From: Dehalococcoidia bacterium
GTDB taxonomy: Bacteria; Chloroflexota; Dehalococcoidia; Bin125
Length of the DNA: 64,000 nt
Reading direction: 5' to 3'
Assembly: GCA_963663235.2 (NCBI GenBank)
Contig: CAXXNO010000004.1
Coordinates: forward strand, 128,001 to 192,000
Positions 21,323 through 31,629 of this stretch are shown here, piece by piece. The first letter of the stretch is position 1, and each line of letters begins with the position of its first letter. The position numbers and the translations under genes were made by a program. The notes under the pieces were generated by a model. The model did not search any database. It worked only from the letters and a program-made list of their open reading frames with translations, and was not told where the DNA came from.

Positions 21323-22832
21323 CGTCGGACTGCGGCGGCCGCGCGCCCGGCTGACGCGTCCGGGCCTGAAGCTGCTCTCGCCGCTGCAAGGGATCCGTGC
21401 GCGGGTCTACGCCACGCTCGCGCTGGTGATCGTGCTGACGCTCGTGATCGCGGGCGTGGTGCTGTTCTTCCTGCTGGGCGGCTATCAGGACCGGCTCGCC
21501 ACCTCCACGCTGCGCCAGATCGGCGGACCGGTGTATGAGTCGGTCGCGACGCTGGCGGATGCGAACTTCCGGGCCTTCGAGGTCAGCCGACAGTTGCAGG
21601 GGACCGTCGGGGGAGAATCCGACGTACTGATCCTGTTCGTCAACGCAGACGCGGTTGTGGTCAGCGAAGCCAGCCGCGACCCGCGCTTCCGCGGCGAGCG
21701 CCTGGAGATCGACCTCGCCAAGGTGGGCGTGGGCACGGACGGGTTTGCGGAAGGCAATCTGAGCAGCGCGGACGGCACGCGCCTGACCTACTTGGCCACT
21801 GGACTGGAAGCGGAGGCGGCGGAGCGGTTCAACGCGTCGCACATCATCTTCGCGCTGCCGAACGAGAACCGGCAGGCGGTGCTGGGCGATCTCACCCCGC
21901 GGCTGGTTGTGGCCGGGGGCATGGCCCTGGTGGTGGCGATCATCGCGGCGCTCCTGCTTTCGCGCTCGATTTATCGGCCGCTGGAGGCCACCACCGCGGC
22001 GGCGCGGAGCGTGGCGCGGGGCCGCTTCGATCACAAGGTGTCGGTGAGCGGCACGAAGGAGGCGCGCGAGCTGGCAGAGTCGTTCAACCAGATGACCGAC
22101 GAAGTGCAAAGCCAGCAGGCCGCCCTGCGCGACTTCCTGGCGAACGTCTCGCATGACCTGCAAACGCCGTTGACCTCGATCCACGGCTTTTCGCAGGCGC
22201 TGCTGGACGGCACCGTCGACGACGGCGCTGCGCAGGGCAACGCGTACCGCATCATCGAAGAGGAATCGCGGCGCCTGCTGCGGCTGGTAGAGGGGCTGCT
22301 GGACCTCTCTCGGATCGAGGCGGGGCAATTGGAGCTGGTCCTGCAGCCCGTCGCCGTCGGCGACTTGCTCCAGCACGTCCACGACCTGTTTGCGCTGCGG
22401 GCGGACGAGCTGAACGTGCAGTTGCGCCTCGAACCGACAGACGTGCCAGCCGTCATTGGCGACGTGGACCGGCTGGAACAGGTGCTCGCGAACCTAGTCG
22501 ACAACGCCTTGCGCCACACGCCGCCCGGCGGGCAAGTGCGACTCAGCGCCCGCCAGGAAAGCGAGGCCACGGCGAGCATCGAGGTGAGCGACACCGGATC
22601 GGGGATCGCCGCCGACGCCATCCCACACCTCTTCGATCGCTACTACCGCTCCGACCGCAGCGGCGCGCAGGGCGGGACGGGTCTGGGCCTGGCGATCGCG
22701 CGCGAGCTGGTGCGCGCCCAACGCGGGGAGATCCAAGTGGAGAGCGGGTCGCAGGTGGGGACCAGCTTCCGCATCCTCCTGCGCACCCCACGCGACAGGA
22801 ACACGACGAGCAGGCGCCGGAGCCTGGTGTGA
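21309..22832 (+). CDS. HAMP-domain sensor histidine kinase
   Basis: Two TM helices, ANVSHDLQTPLTSI H-box, NLVDNA, DTGSG, GTGLGLAI. Confidence 0.95.
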   Translation: MATLSVGLRRPRARLTRPGLKLLSPLQGIRARVYATLALVIVLTLVIAGVVLFFLLGGYQDRLATSTLRQIGGPVYESVATLADANFRAFEVSRQLQGTVGGESDVLILFVNADAVVVSEASRDPRFRGERLEIDLAKVGVGTDGFAEGNLSSADGTRLTYLATGLEAEAAERFNASHIIFALPNENRQAVLGDLTPRLVVAGGMALVVAIIAALLLSRSIYRPLEATTAAARSVARGRFDHKVSVSGTKEARELAESFNQMTDEVQSQQAALRDFLANVSHDLQTPLTSIHGFSQALLDGTVDDGAAQGNAYRIIEEESRRLLRLVEGLLDLSRIEAGQLELVLQPVAVGDLLQHVHDLFALRADELNVQLRLEPTDVPAVIGDVDRLEQVLANLVDNALRHTPPGGQVRLSARQESEATASIEVSDTGSGIAADAIPHLFDRYYRSDRSGAQGGTGLGLAIARELVRAQRGEIQVESGSQVGTSFRILLRTPRDRNTTSRRRSLV

Positions 22833-23560
22833 CGGTGCGCAGCCCGGTCTCTCGTCGGGCGCGGCCAGCGCTCGCGCTGCTGGCCGCGCTAGGGTTGGTC
22901 CTGGCGGCCTGCGGGGGCAACGGCAGCGAGCCGGCCGTAGAACCCGCGCCCGAGCCCGAGCGCAACCCAGGTGTCATCGTCGAGGTGCTGGCGGAAGACA
23001 TCGCGGCGGGTTTCGAGGAGATCAACTTCTATCACGACATCCCTGGGCTGTTGCTGGAGAGCGACGATCCGGTCCTCTCGGGGCTGGGGAGCCTGGCCAG
23101 TGAGGCCGGCCGCTCCGACGGCCAGGGCTTCGCCAATCTCGAGACCGGCGAGTTGGTGTTCGTGATCACGGTGGTTCTCAACTCGCTTGACGACGCGCAC
23201 GGCGCGTTGGACTACATCGCGGCGCAGACGGTCGAAACCATCTTTCAGTTCATCAGCCCCGATGAGACGCTGTTCGATCGCGAACGACTGGCCGACCCTC
23301 GGATGGGGGAGCGGGCGGTCCGTTACTCCCTGCGATACGGATCCGAGGAGGGGGGGCGGCGCACGCGAGACGTGGCGACAGACCTGATCATCTTCACCAC
23401 CGGCGGCAGCCTGGTCTTCGTGCTGCAGTCCGTGACCACCGGCGACAAGGCGAGCGCGGCAGGACAAAGCGTGGATCTCGTGACGCTGAGCCGTACGATC
23501 AGCGATCGCATCGTGGACGAGCAGGCGGCGGCGCCAGAGCCCAGCGAGATGTCCCCCTAG
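22829..23560 (+). CDS. Hypothetical lipoprotein
   Basis: Lipobox LVLAAC; GTGA overlap with the kinase stop. Confidence 0.75.
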   Translation: MTVRSPVSRRARPALALLAALGLVLAACGGNGSEPAVEPAPEPERNPGVIVEVLAEDIAAGFEEINFYHDIPGLLLESDDPVLSGLGSLASEAGRSDGQGFANLETGELVFVITVVLNSLDDAHGALDYIAAQTVETIFQFISPDETLFDRERLADPRMGERAVRYSLRYGSEEGGRRTRDVATDLIIFTTGGSLVFVLQSVTTGDKASAAGQSVDLVTLSRTISDRIVDEQAAAPEPSEMSP

Positions 23561-25728
23561 CCCTGCGGCCAGGGACCGCCGCGCCCCTCCACCAGCACCC
23601 AGACGGCCTCAAAGTGGGGAAGTTCAGTGAGCGTCGGGGGCAGAGGGCTGCGCGAGATGTAGGCGCGGAAGCGCTGCCGCTCCTCGGCCCAGGCGTAGAC
23701 CGCCACGATCTCCGCAGTCGTTTGGGTGAGCGCCGTTTGTGGGTCGGTGGTGGGACCAGCCCAAACGACCAGTTGCCACCCTGGCTGTAACGTCGGTGCC
23801 TGGAAGAGCGCACGGAACTGCCGCCAGGGGACCGGAGGCGTTCGTCCCATGAAGATCCAGAGCCCCTGGCCGGTACGGATCTCGTCGATGGTGAAGAGGG
23901 GGTCACCGGGCACGGCCAGTTCCCACGCCTCCCCGTTGCGGGCGAAGACGCGGCGCGCGGCGGGGGGGAGATCGGCCAGCACGACGTCGCCGGGGCCGGT
24001 GGGGCCGGCCCAGCTCACCAGGTTCCAGCCGGGACGCAGCACCACATCACGCGGCAAGGCCACGGTCAGCGGCGTGGAAGGACGCGAGGCGCCACCGGCG
24101 CTCGTGGCGACGGCGGTGAGCGCGACCTGGGCGACCGTGCCATCGAAGCGCTGCAGCAAGACGCGCAGCGTGAAGTGGCCCGTCGCGTCGGCTTGGACAG
24201 TGGCGATCTGCTCGCCCGGCGGATCGGCGGAGACCGCCACGGCGCTGCCCACGGCGGCGGTCCCTTCCAGCTCGATGGCTGTGACGGCCACGAGCGCCTG
24301 GGTGATCGCCGGCGGCGCGGGCGCGCCGGCCTGGAGGGCCGTGAGCGTCGCGCCGAAGTGCAAGCGGCCGCTGCCGTCCCAACCAGGCGCCCCGGCGTCG
24401 GGGAGGTCCACGGCGCCGTCGCTGAGCAGGCGGCGCACATCATCGGAGGAGGCGGCGGGATCCAGGGCGCGGATCAAGACGACCGCGCCCGTGACGAAGG
24501 GAGCAGAGAAAGACGTGCCAGTGCCCGTGTCGAAGGTGGGCTCGCCGGTCAGCGCCTGCACGCTGGTGGACAGGACGTCTACACCGAGCGCCACGAACTC
24601 CACCTCGGGGCCTATCGGGGAGAAGAGCGGACGGACGTCCGGGGCCTGCTCCCCATCGTGCGAGCCCACGGCGATCACATCGGGCAACGCGGCGGGGAAG
24701 GTCACGTCGAACCCGGTATTGCCGGCGGCCCCCACCAGGATCAGGCCGGCAGCGGCTGCGGCCTCCACCGCGATCTGGGCCGACTGCGGGAGCACACTGG
24801 CCGCGAGGCTGATGTTGACGATGTCGGCCCCGTTGGCGATGGCGTACTCGAGGGCGGCGACGAGACCGGAGAAGAGGCCGTCGCCTTCCGGGCTGGTGAC
24901 GCGCAACGCCATGATCGACACCTGCCAGGCGGCGCCGGCGATGCCGAACTGATTGTTGCCCACCGCCGCGATGATCCCGGCAACCTGCGTGCCGTGCCCG
25001 ACGGCGCCGTCCGGGACGCCGTCCTGATCCTGGTCCTCGCCGTCCCCCAGGGCGGAGTCACCGGGCTTGGCGTCGGGGTCGTTGTCCTGGCCGGGCCGGC
25101 CCGAACCGCTGCCCTGCCAATCGCTGATGAAGTCGTAGCCGTTAATATCGTCGACGAAGCCGTTGCCGTCGTCATCGAGGCCGTTGCCGGGCACCTCGCC
25201 GAGGTTGGTCCAGATGTTGGAAGCGAGATCCGGATGGTCGAGGTCAACAGCGCCGTCGATGAGCGCGACCACCACGTCGGGGCGGCCGGTGGTGACGGCC
25301 CAGGCCTCGGGCCCGCCCATGAGGTCATAGAACCAAGCCTGGTCGGTAGCGTACTGGGGGTCGTCGGGCACCACCTGCGCCAGGCGCAGGCTGTAGTTCG
25401 GCTCCGCCAGGTCGACCAGACCGGCGGCCAAGAGGCGGTGGCGTGTCTCCTCCACGGTCCCGAGCGGCACGCGGAGACGAGTGATGCCTGTCAGGGGATA
25501 CTCATCGAGGATCTGGACGTCGAGGCGGTCGAGCGCGGCGACGCGCAGATCGGGCGTCGCCGCCGTCTTGAAGCGCACGAGTAACTCGCCGTCGAGAAAG
25601 CTTTCGGCCCCAGAGGACGGAGGCGGCGGCGCGGGAGCATCGGCGCGGAGGCCCCCCCCGGTCAGTACCGCGCCGGCAAGGACGAGGGCCACCCAGAGTG
25701 CGGGGAACAGGGAGCGGCGTCGCAGCAT
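23557..25728 (-). CDS. S8 (subtilisin-like) serine peptidase with Ig-like and two C-terminal GW(N/Q)LV domains
   Basis: Signal peptide, propeptide, IDGAVD, GHGTQVAG, AAGN, GTSFSAP triad; C-terminal LRPGWNLVSWAGP and LQPGWQLVVWAGP repeats. Confidence 0.92.
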   Translation of the reverse strand: MLRRRSLFPALWVALVLAGAVLTGGGLRADAPAPPPPSSGAESFLDGELLVRFKTAATPDLRVAALDRLDVQILDEYPLTGITRLRVPLGTVEETRHRLLAAGLVDLAEPNYSLRLAQVVPDDPQYATDQAWFYDLMGGPEAWAVTTGRPDVVVALIDGAVDLDHPDLASNIWTNLGEVPGNGLDDDGNGFVDDINGYDFISDWQGSGSGRPGQDNDPDAKPGDSALGDGEDQDQDGVPDGAVGHGTQVAGIIAAVGNNQFGIAGAAWQVSIMALRVTSPEGDGLFSGLVAALEYAIANGADIVNISLAASVLPQSAQIAVEAAAAAGLILVGAAGNTGFDVTFPAALPDVIAVGSHDGEQAPDVRPLFSPIGPEVEFVALGVDVLSTSVQALTGEPTFDTGTGTSFSAPFVTGAVVLIRALDPAASSDDVRRLLSDGAVDLPDAGAPGWDGSGRLHFGATLTALQAGAPAPPAITQALVAVTAIELEGTAAVGSAVAVSADPPGEQIATVQADATGHFTLRVLLQRFDGTVAQVALTAVATSAGGASRPSTPLTVALPRDVVLRPGWNLVSWAGPTGPGDVVLADLPPAARRVFARNGEAWELAVPGDPLFTIDEIRTGQGLWIFMGRTPPVPWRQFRALFQAPTLQPGWQLVVWAGPTTDPQTALTQTTAEIVAVYAWAEERQRFRAYISRSPLPPTLTELPHFEAVWVLVEGRGGPWPQG

Positions 25729-25883
25729 GGCCCTCAGTCTAGGGACAGCCGGGGCAACGAGCAGAATGCGACGCGCGGGCCGCGCCGGGACGCCCACCCA
25801 ACCCAGGCTGCGCCACGGGCGGGCATGCGCGATATCATGACGCCATGGGCTGGCCGCGGCTGAGCGAGCGCAGTAGAACGTCC

Positions 25884-26945
25884 GTGGAGCACGCGGCGAC
25901 CTCCCTCCACGCCGGATGGCACCGACCAAAGAGCGCGCGAGACTGGGCGCGCCTGGCCGCCTGGGGGCTGTTGGCGTTTGGGCTGGCGGCGCCGATCATC
26001 CGCCTCACCGTGGGCTACGACAGCATCGGCCTGGCGTTCACGCTCCCGGTTGCGCTGGGGGCGCTGCTCTGGGTCACGCCGCGCCGCTATGAGCTGCGCA
26101 CGTGGCTGTTCTACGTCGTGGCCCTCTACTTCTTCACCCAACTCCGGGACGCGGCGGATGAAACCTCGATCAAGGCGAGCACCGGCTACGTCCTGGACTG
26201 GGAGCTGTGGATGTTCGGCGGGGACACCCCCTCCGCCTGGCTGCAAGCGCGCGCGGGCGGCGCACAGGGGGATCCGGGAGCGCTGGCGTTCTTCTCCGCG
26301 TTCGTGCATTGGAGCTGGTTCATCTTCCCGCACGCCGTGGTGGTGGCGACCTTCTTTTTCGCGCGGGCGATGTTCTTCCGGGTGGCGGTGATCATGGCCG
26401 GCACGTACTTCTTTGCGGTGGCGCTCTACTATCTCGTGCCCACCGTCCCGCCTTGGATGGCGGTGGAGCAAGGAGCACTTACGGGGATCCGGCGGATCAT
26501 GGAGGACGTGGGGCCGCAACTGGTGGGACAGAGCGTCTGGGACAGCGTGTTTGGCGTCTTCGCCGATCCCAACCCGCGCGCGGCGATCCCATCGCTGCAC
26601 TTTGCGGCGTCATTCACCGCGCTGATCGTGGCGGTGTTCCTGCGGGCCCCGCGGCTCTTCGCCTTCGCGCTGCTGTACTGCATTGTGCTCACGTTTGCGT
26701 TGATGTACTTGGGCGAGCATTACTTCGCCGACATTCTGGCCGGCGGGGCGGCGGCGCTGGCCTCCGTCTTTATCGTGGAGACGGCGCTGGGCAACGGCCC
26801 CGGCGTGGGCATCGCCCGGTGGGTGCGCACCCGTGTGGCCGCAACCGGAAGGGCCCCGCAACCGAGCGGCGCGGCGGGCGCTCCGGGCCGTGGCGGATTC
26901 CCCACCGCTCGTCATCGATGCCGTGGCACCCGCGCCAGGAGGTAG
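25884..26945 (+). CDS. PAP2 / AUR1-like (inositol-phosphotransferase-like) membrane protein
   Basis: Multi-TM; PTVPPW, AAIPSLH, YLGEHYFADILAG motifs. Start uncertain (25845 or 25884). Confidence 0.8.
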   Translation: MEHAATSLHAGWHRPKSARDWARLAAWGLLAFGLAAPIIRLTVGYDSIGLAFTLPVALGALLWVTPRRYELRTWLFYVVALYFFTQLRDAADETSIKASTGYVLDWELWMFGGDTPSAWLQARAGGAQGDPGALAFFSAFVHWSWFIFPHAVVVATFFFARAMFFRVAVIMAGTYFFAVALYYLVPTVPPWMAVEQGALTGIRRIMEDVGPQLVGQSVWDSVFGVFADPNPRAAIPSLHFAASFTALIVAVFLRAPRLFAFALLYCIVLTFALMYLGEHYFADILAGGAAALASVFIVETALGNGPGVGIARWVRTRVAATGRAPQPSGAAGAPGRGGFPTARHRCRGTRARR

Positions 26946-26949
26946 GGCC

Positions 26950-28047
26950 GTGCCCGTCCGCCTGATGCGACGCCTGCTGGGGCTCAGCGTGAGCCCGGTG
27001 GGGCGTCTGCTTCTGGGCATGGCGGTGAGCGCCGTTTTCGCGGTGCTGTTCCTGCGCGGCACGGACTTTGGGGCGGTGGGGAGGGCGTTCAGCGAGGCCG
27101 ACGTGCGCCTGATCCTTCTGGGGCTGGCGGCCTATTTCGCGGGCGTCTGGCTGCGCGCCGTGCGGTGGCACTACCTGTTCATGCCGGTGCGTCCGATACC
27201 GGCGCGACAACTGTTCCCCATTGTGGCCATCGGCTACGCGACCAACAACGTGCTGCCGGCGCGCACGGGCGAGGTGGTCCGCGCGCATGTTTTCGGACGG
27301 CGGTTCGGCGTCAGCCAGATGAGCGGCCTGGGCAGCGTGGCCATGGAGCGGCTGTTCGACGGACTCATGCTCACGATCTTTCTCTGCGTGGGCGTGGCGG
27401 CGAGCTTGGTGGGGATCTTTGGGATGGACTACGCCGGGGACGCCCTGGCCGCCGTCATGGGCTTCCTCATCTTCGGGGTCAGCATCGCGTTCGCGTTGAG
27501 CTACCGGATTGCGACGCACCCGGAGACGGCGGAACGGATGGTGCGGTGGGGCCTGCGGTTGGTGCCGTGGCTGCGCTCCCGCGACCACGGGTGGATCGGG
27601 GCATTCATCGCCGGGCTGGGGGCGTTGCGGAGCCGACGGCTGTTTACCTCCGCCCTCTGGACCAGCGCCGCGGCCTGGGGCTTCGAGGCGCTGATGTACT
27701 GGCTGGTGGGGGAGGGTTTCGGGCTGAATCAACCGTTCCCGGTGTATTTGCTGATCGCCGCTGCGGCCAACATCATCATCACGGCCCCATCAACCAGCGG
27801 CGGGATCGGCCCGTTCGAATGGGCGGCGAAATCCGTGCTCCTCATCTTCTTGGCCGGTGAAGTCCCAGATGCGGAGGAAAAAGCGATCGCCTACGCGGCG
27901 GCCCTGCACGGCTTAGTGCTAGTGCCGATCACGATCGTGGGGATGGCGTTCCTCTGGTACTACCACGTCCCCCTGGCGCGGCTGGCGCGCACCCGCACGC
28001 TGGAAACGCCCGAGGCCGAGTCCGGCGTGAAACCGTTGCCGCGCTAG
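26950..28047 (+). CDS. Lysylphosphatidylglycerol synthase TM (UPF0104, flippase-like) protein
   Basis: LRAVRW, NNVLPARTGEVVR, ERLFD, PSTSGGIGPFE; AGGAGG RBS before GTG 26950. Confidence 0.87.
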   Translation: MPVRLMRRLLGLSVSPVGRLLLGMAVSAVFAVLFLRGTDFGAVGRAFSEADVRLILLGLAAYFAGVWLRAVRWHYLFMPVRPIPARQLFPIVAIGYATNNVLPARTGEVVRAHVFGRRFGVSQMSGLGSVAMERLFDGLMLTIFLCVGVAASLVGIFGMDYAGDALAAVMGFLIFGVSIAFALSYRIATHPETAERMVRWGLRLVPWLRSRDHGWIGAFIAGLGALRSRRLFTSALWTSAAAWGFEALMYWLVGEGFGLNQPFPVYLLIAAAANIIITAPSTSGGIGPFEWAAKSVLLIFLAGEVPDAEEKAIAYAAALHGLVLVPITIVGMAFLWYYHVPLARLARTRTLETPEAESGVKPLPR

Positions 28048-28060
28048 CAGCGCCAGGCTG

Positions 28061-29356
28061 CTAGGCGGCGCTCTCCGCGGGTACGCGGAGGGCGCCGGAG
28101 CGGTAGACGGCGCGCAGGTCGCCCTGCGCGAGCGACCAAGCCACCAGCACAAGCACAAAGACGATGGCGGGGCCGACCAAGAGCGGGCGCACGCCGATCA
28201 CGTCCGCCGCGCCGCCGTTGGCGAGCATCATCAGCGACATCACGCCACCGGCGGCGAGCAGGTAGAGGCTCATCACCCGTCCGCGGAGCGCGTCCGGCAC
28301 CACCGACTGGATCAACGTGAGGGCGAGCGCCATGAAGATCGCCTGCGAGGCTCCGATGACGACGACGGCGGCGATGGCGGCCGTCACCGTGGGGGCCAGT
28401 CCCAGCGTGAGCACCGCCAGCCCGGAGATGACGCCGGTCACGAGGAACAACGCGCCCCGGGAGGTCCCGCTGCCGATGGTCGAGAGGGCCAGCGTCCCGA
28501 TCAGAGCGCCGACGCCGATGCCGGTGATCATCCAGGCGAAGAGGCGCTCGCCGCCGGCCAGCTCGTCGCGGGCGAGGATGGGGAGGAGCGTGTCGAACGA
28601 CATGGTGAGCATGCAATGCAACGCGGTGAGGGCGAAGATCATGCGCACCTCCGGCACTCGTCCGACGTAAGCGAGCCCCTCCCGGAGGTTGTCCCGGACC
28701 TCCTCCACCACGCTCCCCTGCACCCCCTTGAGATCGCCCGTCGAGCGGACGCGCACGCGCGTCAGCGCCAGGATGGACGTGAACTGGAAAGCCGCCGCCA
28801 ACACGAAGACACCCCCGGCGCCGCCGCCAGCCAGCAGCGGCCCGCCGACTGCCGGGCCGATGGCGCGCGAGCCCCACATCGCGAGCGAAGAGAGGGCGAC
28901 GGCGTTCATCAGCGCGCTGGGCCGCACGGTGTTGGGAAGCAGGGCGAACTCCGCGGGCTTCTCGACGGAGCGGGCCAAGCCATCGCCGAAAGCCAGCAGC
29001 GCGAGTTGCCAGAAGGAGATGACGTCGGTGAAGGCGAGAACGGCCAGCGTCACCGAGAGGAGGAGTGAGATCGACCGGGCGCACTGCAAGATGCGGGCGC
29101 GATCGAAGCGATCGGCCAAGACGCCGCCCAAGGGCGAAAGCATGAAGGGCCCGATGGCGGCGAACGTGACCACGCCGATGGCGAGGCCGCTATCGGTCAG
29201 CTCCAGCGCCAGCCAGGCCCGGGCCATGATGGTGGACCAGAGGGCGACGGAGGAGGCGGCGGATGCGCCCCAGAGCCAGCGGTATTCCCGATGACCGAGA
29301 GCCGGGAAGCGGCCACCGGGCTCGGCGGTGTCCGGCGGGGCCGGAGTGTCGTCCAT
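28061..29356 (-). CDS. MFS transporter (MFS_3/EntS-like)
   Basis: About 12 TM helices; GGVLADRFDR motif A; VPDALRGRVMS. Confidence 0.9.
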   Translation of the reverse strand: MDDTPAPPDTAEPGGRFPALGHREYRWLWGASAASSVALWSTIMARAWLALELTDSGLAIGVVTFAAIGPFMLSPLGGVLADRFDRARILQCARSISLLLSVTLAVLAFTDVISFWQLALLAFGDGLARSVEKPAEFALLPNTVRPSALMNAVALSSLAMWGSRAIGPAVGGPLLAGGGAGGVFVLAAAFQFTSILALTRVRVRSTGDLKGVQGSVVEEVRDNLREGLAYVGRVPEVRMIFALTALHCMLTMSFDTLLPILARDELAGGERLFAWMITGIGVGALIGTLALSTIGSGTSRGALFLVTGVISGLAVLTLGLAPTVTAAIAAVVVIGASQAIFMALALTLIQSVVPDALRGRVMSLYLLAAGGVMSLMMLANGGAADVIGVRPLLVGPAIVFVLVLVAWSLAQGDLRAVYRSGALRVPAESAA

Positions 29357-29490
29357 ATTGGAGCGCAGTGTACTCTGCCGGATCGCGGCCGGCATCGGGC
29401 TGAAGGGGAGCGGCCGGTCCACTACCCTGGGCGGGCGCGGGCCGGCGGTTCGCGCTCGGCACTCCGATTCGACCGGCAGGAGGATCCCGC

Positions 29491-31164
29491 ATGCCTCTCG
29501 ACCCTCGTCACCGCAGCCACGTTCTCGTCGACGGGCCGGGCCGGGCGCCGGCGCGCTCCTACTTCAAGTCGGTCGGGTTCAGCAGCGAGGACCTGCGCCA
29601 GCCGCTGGTGATGGTGGCGCATAGCTGGATCGGCACGATGCCGTGCAACTACAGCCAGCGGGCCCTGGCCCAGGAAGTGATGGCCGGCGTGCGGGCGGCC
29701 GGGGGCACGCCGATGGAGGTGAACACGATCTCGATCAGCGACGGCATCGCCATGGGCACGGAGGGGATGAAGGCGTCGCTGATCAGTCGTGAGGTGATCG
29801 CGGACTCGCTCGAGTTGTGCGGCGTGGGGTATGCCTTTGATGCCGCGGTGATCATCGTGGGGTGTGACAAGACGATCCCGGCCGCCCCGATGGCGCTGGC
29901 GCGGTTGAACATCCCGGGGGTGGTGCTGTACAGCGGGTCGATTGCGCCGGGGCGGTACAAGGGGCACGACATCACCATCCAAGACGTGTTTGAGGGAGTG
30001 GGGCAGGAGGCCGCCGGCATCATCAGCGCAGCGGAGCTCACGGCGATCGAAGAGGTGGCCTGCCCAGGGGCCGGGGCGTGTGGCGCGCAGTACACCGCGA
30101 ACACCATGGCCATGGTGATGGAGTTCATCGGGATGGCGCCGCTGGGCAGCGGGAGCGTCGGCGCGACGGACCCGCGCAAGAACGAGGTGGGGCGGCGCAG
30201 CGGCGAACTCTTGATGCAGGCGCTGCAGCGGGGCACCCTGCCGCGGGAGATCCTCACGCGCAAGGCGATCGAGAACGGGATCATCTGCACCGCGGCGACG
30301 GGTGGGTCCACCAACGCCGTGCTGCACCTGCTGGCGATCGCCGCAGAGGCGGACGTGCCGCTGACCCTCGACGATTTCGACCGGATCAGTGAGCAGACGC
30401 CGATCATCGGCGACCTGCGGCCGGGCGGGCGCTACGTGGCGCTGGACGTCGATCGGGCGGGGGGGACGCCACTGCTGGCGAAACGGCTGCTGGAAGCGGG
30501 CAAACTGCATGGCGACGTCATGACGGTGACGGGGAGAACGATTGCGGAGGAGGCGGCCGAAGCGGTGGAGACGCCGGGGCAGGACGTGATCCTGCCCGTG
30601 GAGCGGGCGCTCAAGCCGACCGGCGGGCTGGTCATTCTCAAGGGCAACCTGGCCCCAGAGGGCTGCGTGATCAAGGTTGCGGGCCATGAATGGCTCACGC
30701 ACCGCGGCCCGGCGCGCGTCTTCGAGCGGGAGGAGGACGCCTTCCAGGCGGTCACGACGGGGCGGATCAAGGCGGAGGACGTGGTGGTGATCCGCAACGA
30801 AGGGCCGAAGGGCGGGCCGGGCATGCGCGAGATGCTGGGTGTCACCGCCGCGCTCGTCGGCGAGGGGCTGGGCGAGCGCGTGGCGCTGTTGACGGACGGC
30901 CGGTTCAGCGGCGCGACGCACGGGCTCATGGCGGGGCACGTGGCGCCGGAAGCGGCGGTGGGCGGGCCGATCGCCGCGGTGCGCGAGGGCGACATCATCA
31001 GTTTCGACGTGGCCAAGCGGCGGCTGGACATCGGGATCGACGAGGCGGAGATGTCGCGCCGGTTGGCGGAGTGGAAGCCGCCCGCGCCTCGCTACCCGCG
31101 TGGGGCGTTTGCGAAATACGCGCGCAGCGTGTCGAGCGCGTCGCAGGGGGCGATCACCGGTTAA
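29491..31164 (+). CDS. ilvD: Dihydroxy-acid dehydratase
   Basis: PCN, SDGIAMGTEGMKASL, GCDKT, GGSTNAVLHL, GPKGGPGMREML, TDGRFSG. Confidence 0.96.
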   Translation: MPLDPRHRSHVLVDGPGRAPARSYFKSVGFSSEDLRQPLVMVAHSWIGTMPCNYSQRALAQEVMAGVRAAGGTPMEVNTISISDGIAMGTEGMKASLISREVIADSLELCGVGYAFDAAVIIVGCDKTIPAAPMALARLNIPGVVLYSGSIAPGRYKGHDITIQDVFEGVGQEAAGIISAAELTAIEEVACPGAGACGAQYTANTMAMVMEFIGMAPLGSGSVGATDPRKNEVGRRSGELLMQALQRGTLPREILTRKAIENGIICTAATGGSTNAVLHLLAIAAEADVPLTLDDFDRISEQTPIIGDLRPGGRYVALDVDRAGGTPLLAKRLLEAGKLHGDVMTVTGRTIAEEAAEAVETPGQDVILPVERALKPTGGLVILKGNLAPEGCVIKVAGHEWLTHRGPARVFEREEDAFQAVTTGRIKAEDVVVIRNEGPKGGPGMREMLGVTAALVGEGLGERVALLTDGRFSGATHGLMAGHVAPEAAVGGPIAAVREGDIISFDVAKRRLDIGIDEAEMSRRLAEWKPPAPRYPRGAFAKYARSVSSASQGAITG

Positions 31165-31185
31165 GGGCGCAGAGAGGAGCGAGGC

Positions 31186-31611
31186 ATGGCCGAGGAGGAC
31201 AACCGCGCGATTGTGCGGCGCGCGATCGAGGCGTTCAACAAGCAGGCGGATCGCAGCGGCTACTTCGACATGTACGCGGCGGACGTCGAGCTGCACGGGT
31301 TTCCGCCGGGGCTGCCGCCGGGCCGTACGGGCCTGCAGGCGTTCTATGGACTGCTCTGGTCCGCCTTCCCGGACGGGGAAATCACTCTGGACGACCTGTT
31401 CGCGGAAGGGGACCGGGTCGCCGCCCGGTTTCACATGACGGGCACCCACAAAGGCGACTTCATGGGGCTGGCCCCGACGGGGAAGCCGGTGACGATCGAA
31501 GGGATCACTATCCTGCGCTTCACGAACGGTGAGTGCGTGGAGCGGTGGAACCGCATCGACGACATGGGATTGATGCAGCAGGTCCGCGCGCTGGCGGCGC
31601 AGGGCGGCTAG
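31186..31611 (+). CDS. SnoaL-like ester cyclase
   Basis: AFPD...DLFAEGDRVA.RF.MTGTH.GDFMG.APTGK. Confidence 0.9.
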   Translation: MAEEDNRAIVRRAIEAFNKQADRSGYFDMYAADVELHGFPPGLPPGRTGLQAFYGLLWSAFPDGEITLDDLFAEGDRVAARFHMTGTHKGDFMGLAPTGKPVTIEGITILRFTNGECVERWNRIDDMGLMQQVRALAAQGG

Positions 31612-31629
31612 CCGCCGCGGCCGCGAGCC

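Noticed and set aside
26820-26960. PAP2 and UPF0104 genes as one frameshifted fusion
   Set aside because: A strong AGGAGG sits just before GTG 26950, right after the PAP2 stop, so two separate genes explain the data.
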